Assembly: GCF_018977255.1 (NCBI RefSeq)
Contig: NW_024704762.1
Location: 8,370,001 to 8,434,000 of the forward strand
Source of the DNA: Callorhinchus milii
Taxonomy: Eukaryota
Length of the DNA: 64,000 nt
Reading direction: 5' to 3'
In this document: positions 1 through 13,619 of the stretch, piece by piece
How positions within the stretch are numbered: the stretch's first letter is position 1
Layout: each line of letters begins with the position of its first letter
Notes under the pieces: model-generated
What the model saw: the letters and a program-made list of their open reading frames with translations, nothing else
Databases searched by the model: none
Told to the model about the DNA's origin: nothing
Made by a program: the position numbers and the translations under genes

Positions 1-1211
1 TGAAGAGAATTAATTGTACATTTTGTGGGCGAAACCTTGGAACAGTCTCACAGCTGAAACCCAAATGCCCTCTACTGGACACTTCTGAATCCGAGTGCCA
101 AAGACATACAGCGAAGCAGATCTTCCTTCCTCCACTGAACGAAACGAGGCTGCAATGGTGCAGTAATGTTTGCTACCGCACTATATATATATATAAATAT
201 CTATATTTACATTACATAAATATTTATATTTATATCCCCAGACTGTGTGCATTGTATCCATGACCCACTCGACAAGACACAATGTACATAATCCATCGAT
301 ACAATGGTTGATACAACGTATTGCATTTTTATTTTCAGACTTATTTTTTGAAGTCAATCTTTGCAACCGTTTATCTTAAGAGCCTGGCGGAGAAGGTGAT
401 ACCGTAAACGGGAAATAAAACCCCCCACAGGATTGTTGCTATTATTATGATTATGATTATGATTGATGAGCAATTCCCCAGCAAGGAAGGAAGGAAACAT
501 CCAAACCATGCTATATGTTGTGCGTCAGTTACCTTGGACGCTTCCTGATCAAGGAACTAACCATCGTGTTGATTTGACCACTGGCTTTCTGCTCTCCTTT
601 GCTCAAACCAAACAACTACGTGCAGTCGTCTACTGATCTGCTCCCAACCCGTATTCGCATCGCCTCTAATGCCCGGAGAGGAAGGAGGGACTCCACAGGA
701 GCAATGACATGGGTGGATGAATGGGATTAACGAGCAGGAATCAATGGCCAGAAGATCGCCATCAATTTCTGTGTCGGTTCCAAACCATTTATCAAACCCT
801 CCGCAAAACCATACCTACATGTTAAGCAAATATGCATCTTTTAGGATTGCAACCCCCACCCCCCCCCACCCACCCCACCCCCCCCACCCACCCCCAATTC
901 TCTGAGCACAATTCTGTTACATCATATGTCAAATGAAGGTTATGGGGGGGGGGGGGGGAAGAAGAGAAAGAGGGGAGTCGAGGGGGGGGGGGGAAAGGAG
1001 TTGCAATTTTTGCAAATAAAATCCAGGGTTGCAATAAAATAAAAAAAAAGGATAATTGCGGATAAGAGAACGCATTGCACCCTGTGTCTGTGTGGGGAGT
1101 GGGGAGGGGAGGAGGGGGGGGGGGGGGGGGTGATGTGGAGGGGGGGGGGGGGGGGGGGAGGGGGGGGATGTGCTCCTTGCCTTCTGGCCCTGGCTATTGC
1201 CCCTTCCTTAC

Positions 1212-1450
1212 CTTTAAAGCGTTGGTTACCTCCTGCGCTGCTCTGCACAGACACTGCAGCAGTCCCCAGTCCCCAGTACCTGCAGCACTTGATTGACAGC
1301 TCCGTCCAGACGTCACCGTCCGAGGGGGGAGGGGGAGAGGGGGAGGGACTTCGCCTGGCCAGCCCCTGATTGACAGCCCACCAGGCAACCAATAGGGAAC
1401 GGGGGGCAACTTCAGCATCCCTTGGGTTTTCATTCGGAGTCAATTTACGT
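1212..1450 (-). promoter_or_regulatory. Promoter and probable non-coding first exon of the next minus-strand gene (possibly RAB3A by synteny)
   Basis: Two TGATTGACAG (PBX-PREP/MEIS) sites at 1290-1299 and 1367-1376, CCAAT at 1389-1393, CRE-like TGACGTCT at 1308-1315, strong minus-strand donor AAAG|gtaagg at 1212/1211. Confidence 0.55.
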
Positions 1451-1481
1451 CTCATTTTTAAAAAAAATTCGATTATAATAG

Positions 1482-1512
<31 letters not shown>

Positions 1513-1785
1513 TGTGTATATATATATAATCATTGCAAATAAATCACTAACATTCCATAAAAAGAGCCTGAGCTGCAACTGTCAGGATTGGGTCATGTTA
1601 TTGTGTGTTGCATTTCCATCACAGTAACTAACAGTAGCAAACAACCCCCCCCCCCCACCCTCCCTCCCCACCCCCCCACCATCACTGTCTTTGGACTTGT
1701 TTCACCAGATATTTTGTTGATTGAAATGCTTCTGCATCGAGTTTTTCTTTTTTTTTTGCAAAAGCATTAATCCAGCAGAGCCTGG

Positions 1786-1914
1786 NNNNNNNNNNNNNNN
1801 NNNNNNNNNNNNNNNNNNNNNNNNNNNNNNNNNNNNNNNNNNNNNNNNNNNNNNNNNNNNNNNNNNNNNNNNNNNNNNNNNNNNNNNNNNNNNNNNNNNN
1901 NNNNNNNNNNNNNN
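1786..1914. other. Assembly gap (129 N)
   Basis: Run of N. Confidence 1.
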
Positions 1915-2212
1915 ATTCTGCATAATTTATCCATGGGGATTAACTATTCATGGGCTGTTTTCTTTGCAACACACCCAATCTCCTTATCCAATCAATTTAC
2001 TGCAAAAAATATATTCCTCCCTAACACACACACACTCACACCATCACCGATTGATAATAAATTAACGCAACCGAAGTGAAATGAATGGACTATGTATGGA
2101 CAGTCCAGTTGGTTTGGATAATACATGAGGTGGGGAGGGGGGGCGGGGTACCTCATTCATAATTTAGCATGCGCGGCGCTACCTGGAGGCGGTAGGAGGC
2201 CGGTGCAGTTCA

Positions 2213-2870
2213 GCAACAACAACAACAACAACTTGGATTTATATGGTGCCCTCCACGCCGGACGGCGTCTCAGAGCGCTTCACAGTTGCGGATCCCGGGA
2301 CTGAGCCAATGGGGGGGGGGAGGGGGTGAGGGACCAAAGGCGCGACTGAAAAGAAAGGTCTTCAGCAGAGACCTGACAATGGGAAGGGAGGGGAGCGAGG
2401 CGAAGGGAGTGGGGAAGGCAGTTCCGGAGCCTCGGGGCGCAGTGGCTGAACGCATGGCCGCCGAGGGTGGAGCGGAGGACTCGGGGGACGAGGAGGAGGC
2501 CAGACCTGGAGGAACGAAGGCAACGGGTGCTGTTTTGAGGAGCGAGGAGATCAGAGAGGTCGGGGGGTGCAGAGGAGTGGAGGATCTTGAAATCGATCCT
2601 CTCTGGGACAGGGAGCCAGTGCAGTCTGGCCAGGACTGGGGGGATCGGAGAGCAGAGTTTCGTGCGGGTGAGAATGTGGGCGGCAGAGTTCTGAATGAGT
2701 TGGATTTTATGGATGGCAGTGGAGGGGAGACCGACGAGGAGGGCGTTGGAGTAGTCCAGACGAGAGATGACAAAGGCACGGACCAGAGTTTCAGCAGCTT
2801 TTGGGGAGAGATATTGGCGGAGTTCGCGCTTGATTGAGCTGGTGCGTCGAGGCATTTGAGGGGGCAACGC
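2213..2870 (-). mobile_element. 5'-truncated L2-clade LINE (3' end of ORF2 plus 3' UTR, (AAC)n tail on + strand)
   Basis: Peptide VISRLDYSNALLVGLP...QNSAAHILT...LHWLPVPERIDFKIL...LRSS...GGHAFSHCAPRL is typical of the L2 ORF2 C-terminus. Confidence 0.88.
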
Positions 2871-3194
2871 AATGGTTGGGCAGGTTTCACGCCCAATTGG
2901 ACGGGTGCCTAGTATTTGGTTTTTTTTTAAAAGAAAAACCCTGCAAAACTTTTTTGGGTTTCGAAGAGCTTTTCTTGTCACTGTTTCAGAGAAGCATTAA
3001 CCTAAATTGGTCACTCCGCTTCCCCCTATAATGTAATATAGGCGACGCGTAACGTGGGGCTATGTTTTGGGCTAGTATTCGTGGCCGTTGGGCTACAAAG
3101 TTATTTTAATTTCTGAGGGTTAAAAACTGCTCACAAATTCACAGGGGACGGACGACCAGTCGTGACAGCCACTCCGGAGCATTTGAACAAAGTC

Positions 3195-3330
3195 GAGTTT
3201 TACTGTAAAGCGCATTGACTGTATTTTGTGGGCAAAATACGGCAGCTCGTTGCACAAGGCAATGTCCCACGAACAGCCACGGAGTGAGTGACCAGTTTAA
3301 GTTGAGGGATGGTTGGCCAGGACACAACAA
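3195..3330 (-). mobile_element. SINE core fragment
   Basis: actgtaaag...gactgtattttgtgggcaaaa...gcaatgtcccac. Confidence 0.75.
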
Positions 3331-4199
3331 ACCATTGGGACATTTTATTTCTGTTTTTGCGCTCACCAGTTTAGGTTATTTTGATGTGTTGTAATTGAAA
3401 CCCGGTTGTGTGAGTGACTGATAATTCAGTGATCAATAAAAAGCAGTCGATAAACACCATAACAAAAAAAACTGTGCTGTATAAATTCAAATTGTTGTTG
3501 AAAGAGGAGTAGGGTGTAAGCAGGTGAGAGAGGTAGGGAGGTGCTGGGGCATTAAACGTTGAATATTTAATTAAGAGCTTTGGTGCGTTTTCAGAAGTTG
3601 TTGCAAGACAAATTAACAGAGTGCATGCACATCAATGGGGAAGAGTGAGGCGATTAACACACAAACAAGGATAATATTTACAATAACAGACACCCAACAT
3701 ACCCAATAACTGACACAAACAAGCAGAGGAAGGATTTAAATAGCCACGAAAACGACAGTGAGTGATGTGTGCGACCCATGTGTGCCAACTAATGGGTTAC
3801 AAACCTTGCATCAGATTGAACCAACAAGCACACGTGAAAAGAGTAACCGAACGGCACCTTGGATTCAGGTGCGGATTTCGTGCTTTCAAGAATTTTATTG
3901 TGCTTTTTGTTATAAAAAAAATTTGTACAAAGTACAAGAGTGAGACTCGGTTAGAAGAAAACCAAACAAGCCGTGTTTGTGCACAAGACACTGTACAGAT
4001 TCAAATATTGTCCAAAAGAAGTCCTTTAGCTTGGGGTGTCTTCACTTTTGGTTTCCTTAACAAACAAATCGTTCCATGGCCAGATGAAAATACTGATTCC
4101 AGAAAAAAGACATTCCCAATTCTACAAGCCATTTTACGCCCATGCGAACTGAATAGTGACTTGAGCAAAACTGCCCTGTTTCGTCTTGCATCAGATTGA

Positions 4200-4700
4200 A
4201 ATATACTGGAGTGTTATACTCAGTTAACACACTGTGTGTTATATAATATAGATAGAACCGTTATACCCCCAGCAACACACCGTATGTTATGTAAGGTTTA
4301 CCCCATAAAACATTATATAGACAGGAGCATTATACCCAGTAACAAATGGTGTGTTATTATATTGTACATAGAAGAGTGTTATACTTTATAACACAGTGTG
4401 TTGTATAATATATACATAGACAGGAATGTGATACTCAGTAACACATGGTGTGTTATTATATAATATGTACAGGAGTGTTATACCTAGTAACACATGGTGT
4501 GTTCTATTATACATACAGAATGTTGGACACCTCTAATATATATACCCTTGTAATGCAGAGTGTTATAAAACGTGGACAGGCCTATTATACCCGAATAACA
4601 CACAGCATGTTATATAAAATATACAGGGAGCTTTACACCCCAATAACACAGAGTACATAAATATATAACATAGACAGGAGCATTATACCCCAACATAGGG
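4200..4700. repeat. Degenerate ~58-bp tandem minisatellite
   Basis: Repeated acaggagtgttatacc(c)agtaacaca(c/t)(t/g)gtgtgttatataatata; a related array lies at about 7580-7950. Confidence 0.75.
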
Positions 4701-7700
4701 GTTCATTGTTCAATTCAGAAGGAAATCTAGGAATTCTCATCTGGCCTATGATGGAGCTGACATACCAATCACTAGATCGATCGTTGGGACCAGGGCTGCT
4801 CGTTTTCTACAGTCCAGTGTCAGGAAATGTCACTGTTTGAAAAATTATACAAAAAATTCATAAAAAGTGAACCTTCCGTGCTCCTATGGAGGTGTCTCAT
4901 CTGAAAATAAACCCCAAAAAATTAAGTCAGTAAAATAAATTACTAACGCCAAGTTCTCACATTCTGACACGTACTGAATTCTAATTAAACTCAGAATGCT
5001 TTTGTCACCCACTATTTTTCTCCTCTCCTGAAGGCAGTGACTTGTGCTTAGGGTCCTGTTCCCTTGGTTCAATTGCCCTTTTGGAACATCACCCAAGTCT
5101 TGAACTTAATCAAGGAGTATTCATTCTGCAAATGCAAGAATAATATTCTTGCCCAGAACACAGAAGCCAATTGTCGCACCCTTATCAGTTACATCGTCTA
5201 ACTCAAATTGGAGATTGACCCTCAAACCTTCTGAGTGTACGTGGCTCATTATTGAACGGCGATCTTGCCAATTGAACTTAAAGGGAACTCAATCTCTGAA
5301 GGATTGACGCTGTAAAGAACATTACCTTTGTGGAAAGGTTGCTGCCAACATATTTTTACTGGCAAAGGTGAAGAGGTTTTGAGTCAGTTTCAACATTATG
5401 ATACCACGTATCGTGACATGAACACATAATCGTATTGCAAACAAAATGCGAAAAAATTGCCAAGGACTATTTGGTCTAAGATCTGTGATACACTGACTCC
5501 ATCTGTTTGGTGTCACTGTTAGGACAAGGTACTCGAATAAATCTCAACCCTGATCCTCACACTGTCTGGTTGACTTATGGCATTCAGCAGAATGGTTCAT
5601 GTGAAGAGACAGTAAATTTAATGCGATTTAAACATTTATGTTCAGGAATTTCTTCTGAAGTATTTCAACACTAATACAGGATGTGTTTGTGGTCAAAATG
5701 CACCTTCCTCAGTGGGTGGGAAAAAAGTTCCAGTGCATAAAAGTATAGGGTCCTGGTTCATATGGGAAAGGCTGCAAGATTGAGCCTATATTGTCCCAAA
5801 TAACTGCATCCAAGTGCTTGAGCAAACTACTCAGTGCAGATACTGTACTTTGTTACCCTCGTGTTGTATAAATCTGTCTGACAAACATATACAAGGAGGG
5901 CATCCTGCCTTTTTTCTATTCTTTGTTTCATATAGAGGTGGAATGGAATGGGATGGGTAGTGGATCTGTCAGATGAGCAGTCAAATTATGGATTGAAATA
6001 ATAGTTAGAAGCAAAACATCACTCAAAATTCTACAGGAAGGCAAAGGAATCAACCCAAGGTCACTCTTACACACACTCCTTATAACTAGCTTTATAGATT
6101 TTTCGCAGATTGCTTGCAATAGAATTCCTTCACACCATATTCTGTTTGTGGACAGTCGTGGAGCAGTGAGACCTAAATAATATCTCTATCTCTATTCCCC
6201 CCCAACACATACACACACACACACACATTTTAAAACATACATAAAATTAGGTAAAGTATGCCTTACACCTTGTGACACTTAAAATTTTATTATTTTTTTT
6301 AAAAGGAAAGAAATTTGATTTAAAAAAATAATTCTGCTCCCGAAAGAACAACAGCTCACAGAACTGATGAGATTTTGCTTCTCAAGCAAAAAAAAAAATG
6401 TAGAAAAGCTAAACGAGACGTGTTTGTAGATGATGGTTCTTCTTATTTCACTTAAACGTCTCATGGCTACTCCTTCCTAACATAGAATGAAAAACGATGG
6501 CATCAGTCTTTCTCTAGTTGATGAATGGTGCCAGCACAAATGCGCTTCAAACAATTTAATGGAATTTGGCACAAGTGCAAGTTTGGCTCACCAGTTACCA
6601 AATTAACCAAGGAATTATTTGTTGATCCTGTCTGGGGGAGAGAGGGGACACATGAGGACTGGAAGGAGCACAGAAAGGTTTTTTTTTGTTGCTTCTGTTA
6701 TCTTTTGCAAGTGGTTTTAAGGGATATCTTAAAAAGGTTAAGGCACAGCCCCAGTCCCAGAGTACATTGGGTGCACAAATATATTACTGAAGAGTTTATA
6801 TTGAGCAGCATTAGGTATATTGTATCTACAGCATTTTCAGCAATCAGTAATAGTTGGACTCTAAATAAGAGCTTTAAACAGAGACTCGCACCTCTCCTTC
6901 ATGGGAGATGCTCATGTACAGACCGGAATAAATATTATACTTTACAAAATAACCCGGGACAACAATTAAACGCAGTGCGAATGGGGAAGATAATTGAAAG
7001 AACTGTAAAAACAGAGAAAGGAATTACGATTGTTGGACAGTAACAGCATTAACATATACACATAAAAGGCTCATTGTAAAAGTTCCGATCCATCCCAGCA
7101 CCCGGGAATGGATTTGAATAAATAACCAACTGGGTTATTCAAAAGCTTGGTGTTTGCGACAAAAGTTTGGTTTGGAAATAATATTGGTTGGCACTCCAAT
7201 GACATCGGCCAACTGTGTCTACACACTGACAAGGAAGGGCAGCTGGAGCTGAAAATGAGGTGTTAGTAGAGGAAACGAGAGAGACCAGTTCTTTTTTTAG
7301 TCTATCATTGTATTGTCCTAATACCTAAAGTTTAATGGATAAACGCCTGCGTGAATTGTATAAACTCTGCCATGGAGTAGTTAGGCCAAATGCCCCGTTC
7401 CTGTGCTGTCACTTCCCCCTGTTCTTAGCCTTCCACCTTTACTCCATAACTGCACAGAGACCCACCATCTGGTCTTCGTTTCATATACCGTGCAGAAGAA
7501 TGCTCCAGCTAAAAATGCAAAGTGGGTTCCATTTTACTTGATTTGTTTCAAAAGATGGAACTAAATAGACTTCTGTGTGTTCTACAATGTACACAGGAAC
7601 ATAACACACATTAGCACACATTGTGTATATAAATTTTCAGCGCTATAACTCAGCAAGTGTATCACAGATTTGTTGCCGAATATATACAGGATTGGTATAC

Positions 7701-10700
7701 CTGGTATGACAGTACTATTAATATACACGAGTACTACACACAGGTAACGTGAAGTGTGTTATAATAATATGTGTTATATATTCAGGATTGCTGATCACTA
7801 CGCCCAAGTAACATTCATATACAAGAGTATAATACTCTAGCAACACACAATCTTGTTATATAATATCCACAGGAGGGTTAAAACTCTGTATTATACAGCA
7901 TACTATATGATACAGACAGAAGTTTGCCCTGTTAACTGTACCTCAGTGACACAGAAAGGATTGCCTCTCAGTGAAACCATCACTGATCACTCGCTTGGCA
8001 GTGACAAGTTAAAAATATAAAATCCTTCATATGACCTCATGCAGAGCCGTGTAGAAAACCTTCTGTTCATTGTTACAGATACAATCTGATGGTATCAATT
8101 CAATGCGAACGCGTCTAGAAGGAAGTGTATAGATTACAAAAAAATTACATGTTGTTTGGGATTGCAGTTAGGGCCGTAGCTGATTGTCCGCAGTTCGGAT
8201 GAGTATGTTAAAAAGTGAGCTTTGGCTCTGAAGGTTTATGGTGTCATCCAGATTCTTCACGTGAGACAGGGCAAAATAATTAACGCGCAATTGGCACTTG
8301 TGAGATGCAAGGTCAACCTTTCTTTTGAACGTCCCGGGAGCTCTCCAATACTCAAGAACATGTTTAAGAACATGCCACAGAGACAAAATAGCTTCCAAAG
8401 CCACCAGAGTTGTGTGGAATCGGACTCTATCCTTGGCTATTAGAATTTCTCTCTCTTTGAGATACCTGAGGCAGATGGAATTAATATACCGAGGCACTGG
8501 TGAGAATACTCTTCTGATGAATTACTGGATTTGAGGCAGATTAGTTAAAGTGCACAGAGGTGCACATGAGGAAGGTGAACTGGTAAGTCTAAAGTTTTTT
8601 AAAAACTTGAAAGTGCAGGCACCATCAAGGATAAATAGACTGAGGTGCTGATAAAGACACTCTTCTACGCTCATTACTTGTTAAGAGACAAATGAGTTGT
8701 TGTACTCGTGTATAGTGGACCATGGAGATGCTTCAGAATCTGGTTGTAATTTGTGGTTTAAGTGTAAAGCGAAAACCTGTGTGCCACAGGTGCCAAAGTT
8801 ATTAGAACATCAGAGAAACTGGGTGACTGGCTACAAAGGATGAACAGTTTGGTCTAGAAGGTTCAATATTTTTGGATCAATATAATGGAGAATTATAACT
8901 GCATGTCAGAACGTTTTGCGAGAATCAATACTTTCACATGTTAGGAGTAAATAACGTTAATTCAGTCAATTTGGAATGGATTGTCAATGCTCGAGTTTGG
9001 AATAATTAGGATACCATAGAATGAGAACACACATGGGGATTATGTGCTTCTATACACTGGCTTTTGATCAGCTCACTAAGTGAAGTTTGGGCCTTCTAGT
9101 TTCAGCAACAATAAAACATATTGGGAGGAAAAAATGTCACCTTTCTACTTCAAGGTAAAATTAATTGGATTCAGTGGAATTCATCAAAGCAATGCTGGTA
9201 AAAGATAAAGTGGACGTTTTCCATTTCCTTTATCCTATTCCTTCTGTTCTCTCCAACCAAGCTCAACACGCAAGTAACCGGCCAACTGATAAAATTAACT
9301 GATTCCACTTTAAAGTTTTGATACAGCTCACAGGAGCCCTTTCTTTGGGTAGAGGGGAGGGATGATGTTATGCTTGGTTTATATTTTCCCAATGCAAACT
9401 TGCCTTCCGACTTCTTCAGTCAAACCTCAATTTGGACTTATAATTATTTGTTTTTCACCTCCAATTCAGGCAGTATTTCACCAGTTTAACGTGAGGAATG
9501 TGCAGACCTTTACAGCCCATTTTTAAACATCCTCTCTTTCTCACATACCTCCTAATCCCCTTTACCTCTCCCCCTCCCACTAGATTAAATTCTCTGTCTT
9601 TAAGGGAACAACCCAATAATACAATCAAACAATCCTCTTTGCCAACAAACCCTGCGGTTACAAGCCTCTTATATTTCATTGTCTTGGTAGCTTGACAACC
9701 TTAACCTCAATAGATTGATCTTCATGAAATAAACTATGCTGATGAATAAACTTGCACTGAGTCTAATGATGAGATTTCAATATGTTTTGCTAGCAATCAT
9801 TTAATATTCCAAAGAAATTCACACACCTCCATCTCACAAAAGCCCCGGGGGTTTGTGGTTGGGAGGGGGAGAAAGAGTGAACAATATTCTTAACTATGCG
9901 GGGAGTAGGAGTGAAGGAAGGCACATTCAACATAAGACCTATGTTACCAATAAGGGTCCAATATGCATGATGTTGTATTTTAGCCAAAGGATGAAAACAT
10001 GCACTGCCTGCACACACACACGCATACACACAGGTGCCAACACAGATGTCAAGAGTCATAGATAGTGTTCCCTAAACTTGCCCAAACTAAGGTTCACATA
10101 ATCAGGTGGTAAATTGTTAAAAATACTCATTTTAAAAAAAATTACTGTTTGTTCTAAAAAGAATTGACAATCACCTTCCAAAGTTTCGAACAAGAATAAA
10201 TATCCAGGATTCTGGTGCCAGCTACATCCTGATAAGGCAGCAAATTTGGTTTTCTATTCTGATCCTTTGTACAAATTTGATGGAACCATTGCTGTTTTCG
10301 GCTGTTAGTACTCGCAGCTTTTCCCCAGTTCATTTAGCAATTTACTTTAATTTTTTTTTCCTTTTTTTAAAAAAAAATAAAAAACAGAAACATTTTTTTT
10401 TCCCAAGCCGGGTTCTAAAATATTCCTACTGCTCGTTAAAACCAATTACATTTTTTTTCTTCTAGCGATTTATCTCATCACGCTCTTCGTCGGGTTATCT
10501 CATCTCATCCCCTCTCGCCCACACCGCTGAGAGAAGGCCAGAAATCAACCACTATTTCCGCAACGGCCAAATAGTGATTGCGGCAATAAAAAAATTTTTC
10601 TTCTCGTGTCCTCAAAGAAAAAGGGAACCAGTTGGCAACAAGACTCCAGTTGCTTGCTGTTGAAAGCAACGGGTAAATTGTGTGCTTAAATACCATAAAA

Positions 10701-10731
10701 GAGCAGAGATGGTCTTCTTATATATTTTTGG

Positions 10732-11358
10732 TTACGTACCCAGGGGGTGAAATGCCACATTCCCCTCTTTGTCAACAGAACTTCGTACTGCAGTTCCTGA
10801 AATATTTGACGGTGCATTTCCCGCGGTGGATTTCGACTGCACGACCTCCGTGATTTCTTCTTTCAGTTCCCCCAGATTATTCTCAAGGTCCACAATCTTT
10901 GGGGTCGGAGACTTGGGACTTGAACCTGAGATTTTCTTCTTCTGCAGGCGAGATTTCTTTAAGAATTTCTCATGTATGCTCTTGGGGGCACCCTTTACTT
11001 GGGTGTCAATTGTCCCCTGCATTACCGACATTTGGGATTCAGCATCCGTGGGTCTATTATCGCTGCTACTGGCATCTTCATCCACTTCCACTGTTAACTT
11101 GTTTTCCTTGAGCTCCAGTCCCTTGTCCTCATCCAGCGTGAGGTCAAATTGGAATTTATCACCCGTGCTGGGGCTATCCTTGTCGGCATCCTTTGCCCTG
11201 TCCTCTCTGGGAGCCGGTGAGGACGGGCTGTGAGGAATCATACTTTGGAACCACTCCCGGTTATCTTCAAGTGCGTCCAAAAGGTTTTGAGCATCTGGGT
11301 GTACCAGGTCTGCCCAGGTTTCCCATAGAGGGTGCACAATGTAATCGATAAATGAAAC
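10732..11358 (-). CDS. PDE4C: PDE4 last coding exon: end of catalytic domain, ERK site, FQF motif, C-terminal tail
   Basis: Acceptor cag|GTT TCA TTT; [24 protein letters not shown]...MIPHSPSSP...DKFQFDLTL...HPLGT, TAA at 10734-10732. Confidence 0.95.
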   Translation of the reverse strand, partial: VSFIDYIVHPLWETWADLVHPDAQNLLDALEDNREWFQSMIPHSPSSPAPREDRAKDADKDSPSTGDKFQFDLTLDEDKGLELKENKLTVEVDEDASSSDNRPTDAESQMSVMQGTIDTQVKGAPKSIHEKFLKKSRLQKKKISGSSPKSPTPKIVDLENNLGELKEEITEVVQSKSTAGNAPSNISGTAVRSSVDKEGNVAFHPLGT

Positions 11359-11459
11359 CTGTCCAAAAGGAACAAGATATGGTGAGTAAAATTGTTACAC
11401 GCGATCCTTTATTAAAGTCTGGAATGGAACCTTTTTTCCAATTTCCAATTGCCCAAATC

Positions 11460-11790
11460 AGTGGGACACAATCTTAAAATTAGAGCTAAACCAATTAGAT
11501 GTGAGATGAGATTTCTTCGCCCACAAAATACATAGTCAATTGACTTTACAGTATATTCTGTGAAGCGCTTTGAGACATCTCAAAGTGCTTCACAGTAAAG
11601 TGGAGTGATTGTGTATTTTGTGGGCAAAACACGGCAGCCAATTTGTGCACTGCAATGTCCCACAAACAACCATAGAATGAGCAACCGATTTTATTTGGGG
11701 AGGTTGTTGGCCAGGACACCGAGAGAGAGAAACTCCCTTCTCTTTTCGAATAGTGCCATGGGATCTTTAACATTCACCTGAACAGGTGAT
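11460..11790. mobile_element. CR1 fragment followed by a + SINE fragment and a - SINE fragment
   Basis: gggacacaatcttaaaattagagct (CR1-like 3' ORF2), then cccacaaaata...gtgaagcgctttgagac, then an inverted SINE core. Confidence 0.7.
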
Positions 11791-11915
11791 CATATCTGAA
11801 TGCAATTATTCATTGTCCACAACATACTAACTATGTAAGTGGTTTCCCTGACCACAGGGAAGAGAAAAACAATTTGAAACAAAGCCCATCCCCTTCCAAT
11901 ATTCTGCTCACCAAC

Positions 11916-12098
11916 CTGGGTCTTCTCAACCGAGGCACTGTGCTTGTCGCACATTGGGCTGATATCCATTCCTCGCTCCTGCTCCTGATCTCCTTGATAG
12001 AAGAACTCCACCATGATCTTATCCACCCACTTCCGGTACAGCTCCAGGGGTTTTGTGGGATTGCTGAGGTCTGCACAGTGAACCATATTCTGGAGAAC
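11916..12098 (-). CDS. PDE4C: PDE4 catalytic exon (183 bp)
   Basis: [61 protein letters not shown]; tttgcag acceptor, CAG|gttggt donor. Confidence 0.95.
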
Positions 12099-12518
12099 CT
12101 GCAAATGACAAGATGCTCATGTTGGAATTTCTGATCACTGTCTGTGCTGTTAGCTGAATTTGTAATGGATGCCAAAATTGGACTTAGTACCCCAAGCTAG
12201 GGAGGAGGTAACTTGATTAGGATTCTGGATGTTGGTTGCTCGACAGTGTATCCTGCCTGAAATTATCTTTATTGGTGGATGTTGGGTGAAGCTAGGATTG
12301 GGAGTGTTTTCTTCCTCTTCCCCCTCCATTGTCTAACAGTTTGCTGACATTCATTGTCTGAGCTCACATATGAAGATGGGTGAGACATCCCAGAGTAACA
12401 GGACCAGCAAATCCTCAGTCAGACTGGGGAAAATACCCGAGAATACAAAGTACCTTCAATATAAATCAATGCTTTGGAGTAATGTCGCTCAATATACAAA
12501 GAAATAAAATGTAATTTA

Positions 12519-12716
<198 letters not shown>

Positions 12717-12814
12717 TCACCAGAAACATCCAAACATCATACCATAGGATCTTACCAATAATTTAACAGTATATTATCTTTTCTCTTCTGAAAGACCCCC
12801 CCAAAAAAATGATA

Positions 12815-12965
12815 ATTTGGCTACTCGATCCATGACTGTTTGTGGGACATTGTTGTGCGCAATTGGCTGCTGCGTTTCACCCACAATATATACAGTAAAT
12901 TCACTTTATGCATCTTGAAAACATGATAAGGTGCTATATCAAATGCAAGGATTATTATTCTTATT
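12815..12965 (+). mobile_element. SINE 3' half
   Basis: gactgtttgtgggacattg...gcgcaattggctgc...aaatgcaaggattattat. Confidence 0.8.
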
Positions 12966-13154
12966 CTTAGTGAATCATACTGAGCTGAGTCTTTTTGGTT
13001 CTGTCAAAAGCTGAGCTGCTCCTAAACATCTTCATTATGACAGGAACATTTCTCACTATCAGAACTTTTTTTTTGGTTTTTAAAACACTTGGTCTCACCA
13101 CCAGGACTCCTTTCGAAGAGAGAATTCCAACTTTGGCCCCCTTTAATAGATAGC

Positions 13155-13440
13155 AGCAGCAACAACAACAACAAATTACATTTGTAAAGCGCCTTTCACA
13201 TCAGGAGGATGTTCCAAGGTGCTGGAACAGACAGGAATCCACACCCGAGCTGGTGGTTGGGATCAGGAGGGGTGGGAGCACAGGGAGGGTAGGGGGTAGG
13301 AGGGTGACCGAAGGCACGGTCGAAGAAGAGTGTCTTGCGATTGGTCTTGACGGAGGCGTGTGAAGGAACGAGGCAAAGCGGACGGAATTACAGAGGGTGG
13401 GGGGCATAGAGGCTGAAGGAGGCCAGATGTGGCAATGCCA
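13155..13440 (-). mobile_element. L2 LINE 3' fragment
   Basis: (AAC)n tail, gcgcctttcac...gtt ccaaggtgct end motif, and similarity to the 2213-2870 and 49363-49700 copies. Confidence 0.7.
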
Positions 13441-13464
13441 CACAGACATGTGGTCCTTACTCAC

Positions 13465-13619
13465 CATGTCGATGGTCATTTTGCGGAGGGACTGTCGCTG
13501 TTTCTTGGTCAAGTTCTGGAAGATGTCACAGTTTTCGTCCTGCAGCAATTTGAAGCCCACAGCCAGGTGATGGTTCTCTAACACGGATGTGTCGTTGTAC
13601 ATCAGTGCTAATTCTGAGT
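13465..13619 (-). CDS. PDE4C: PDE4 catalytic exon (155 bp)
   Basis: (N)[51 protein letters not shown]; cccag acceptor, ATG|gtgagt donor. Confidence 0.95.

Noticed and set aside
717-1578. Overlapping Pro/Gly-rich ORFs
   Set aside because: Produced by poly-G/poly-C runs in promoter or intron sequence
4200-4700. Regularly spaced repeats as a CRISPR-like array
   Set aside because: Degenerate tandem units with no unique spacers, in a vertebrate genome with no cas genes
5322-5516. Open minus-strand segment bounded by AG and GT
   Set aside because: Peptide not recognisable and no partner exons found
6525-7043. 172-aa plus-strand ORF
   Set aside because: No recognisable domain or exon structure
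10769-11233. 154-aa plus-strand ORF
   Set aside because: Antisense shadow of the PDE4 last exon
11908-11915. Alternative donor GTGAGC 4 nt into the intron that would restore V-G-F-I
   Set aside because: It shifts the frame of the last exon (IYRL...); the phase-0 junction giving VSFIDY matches the conserved intron position
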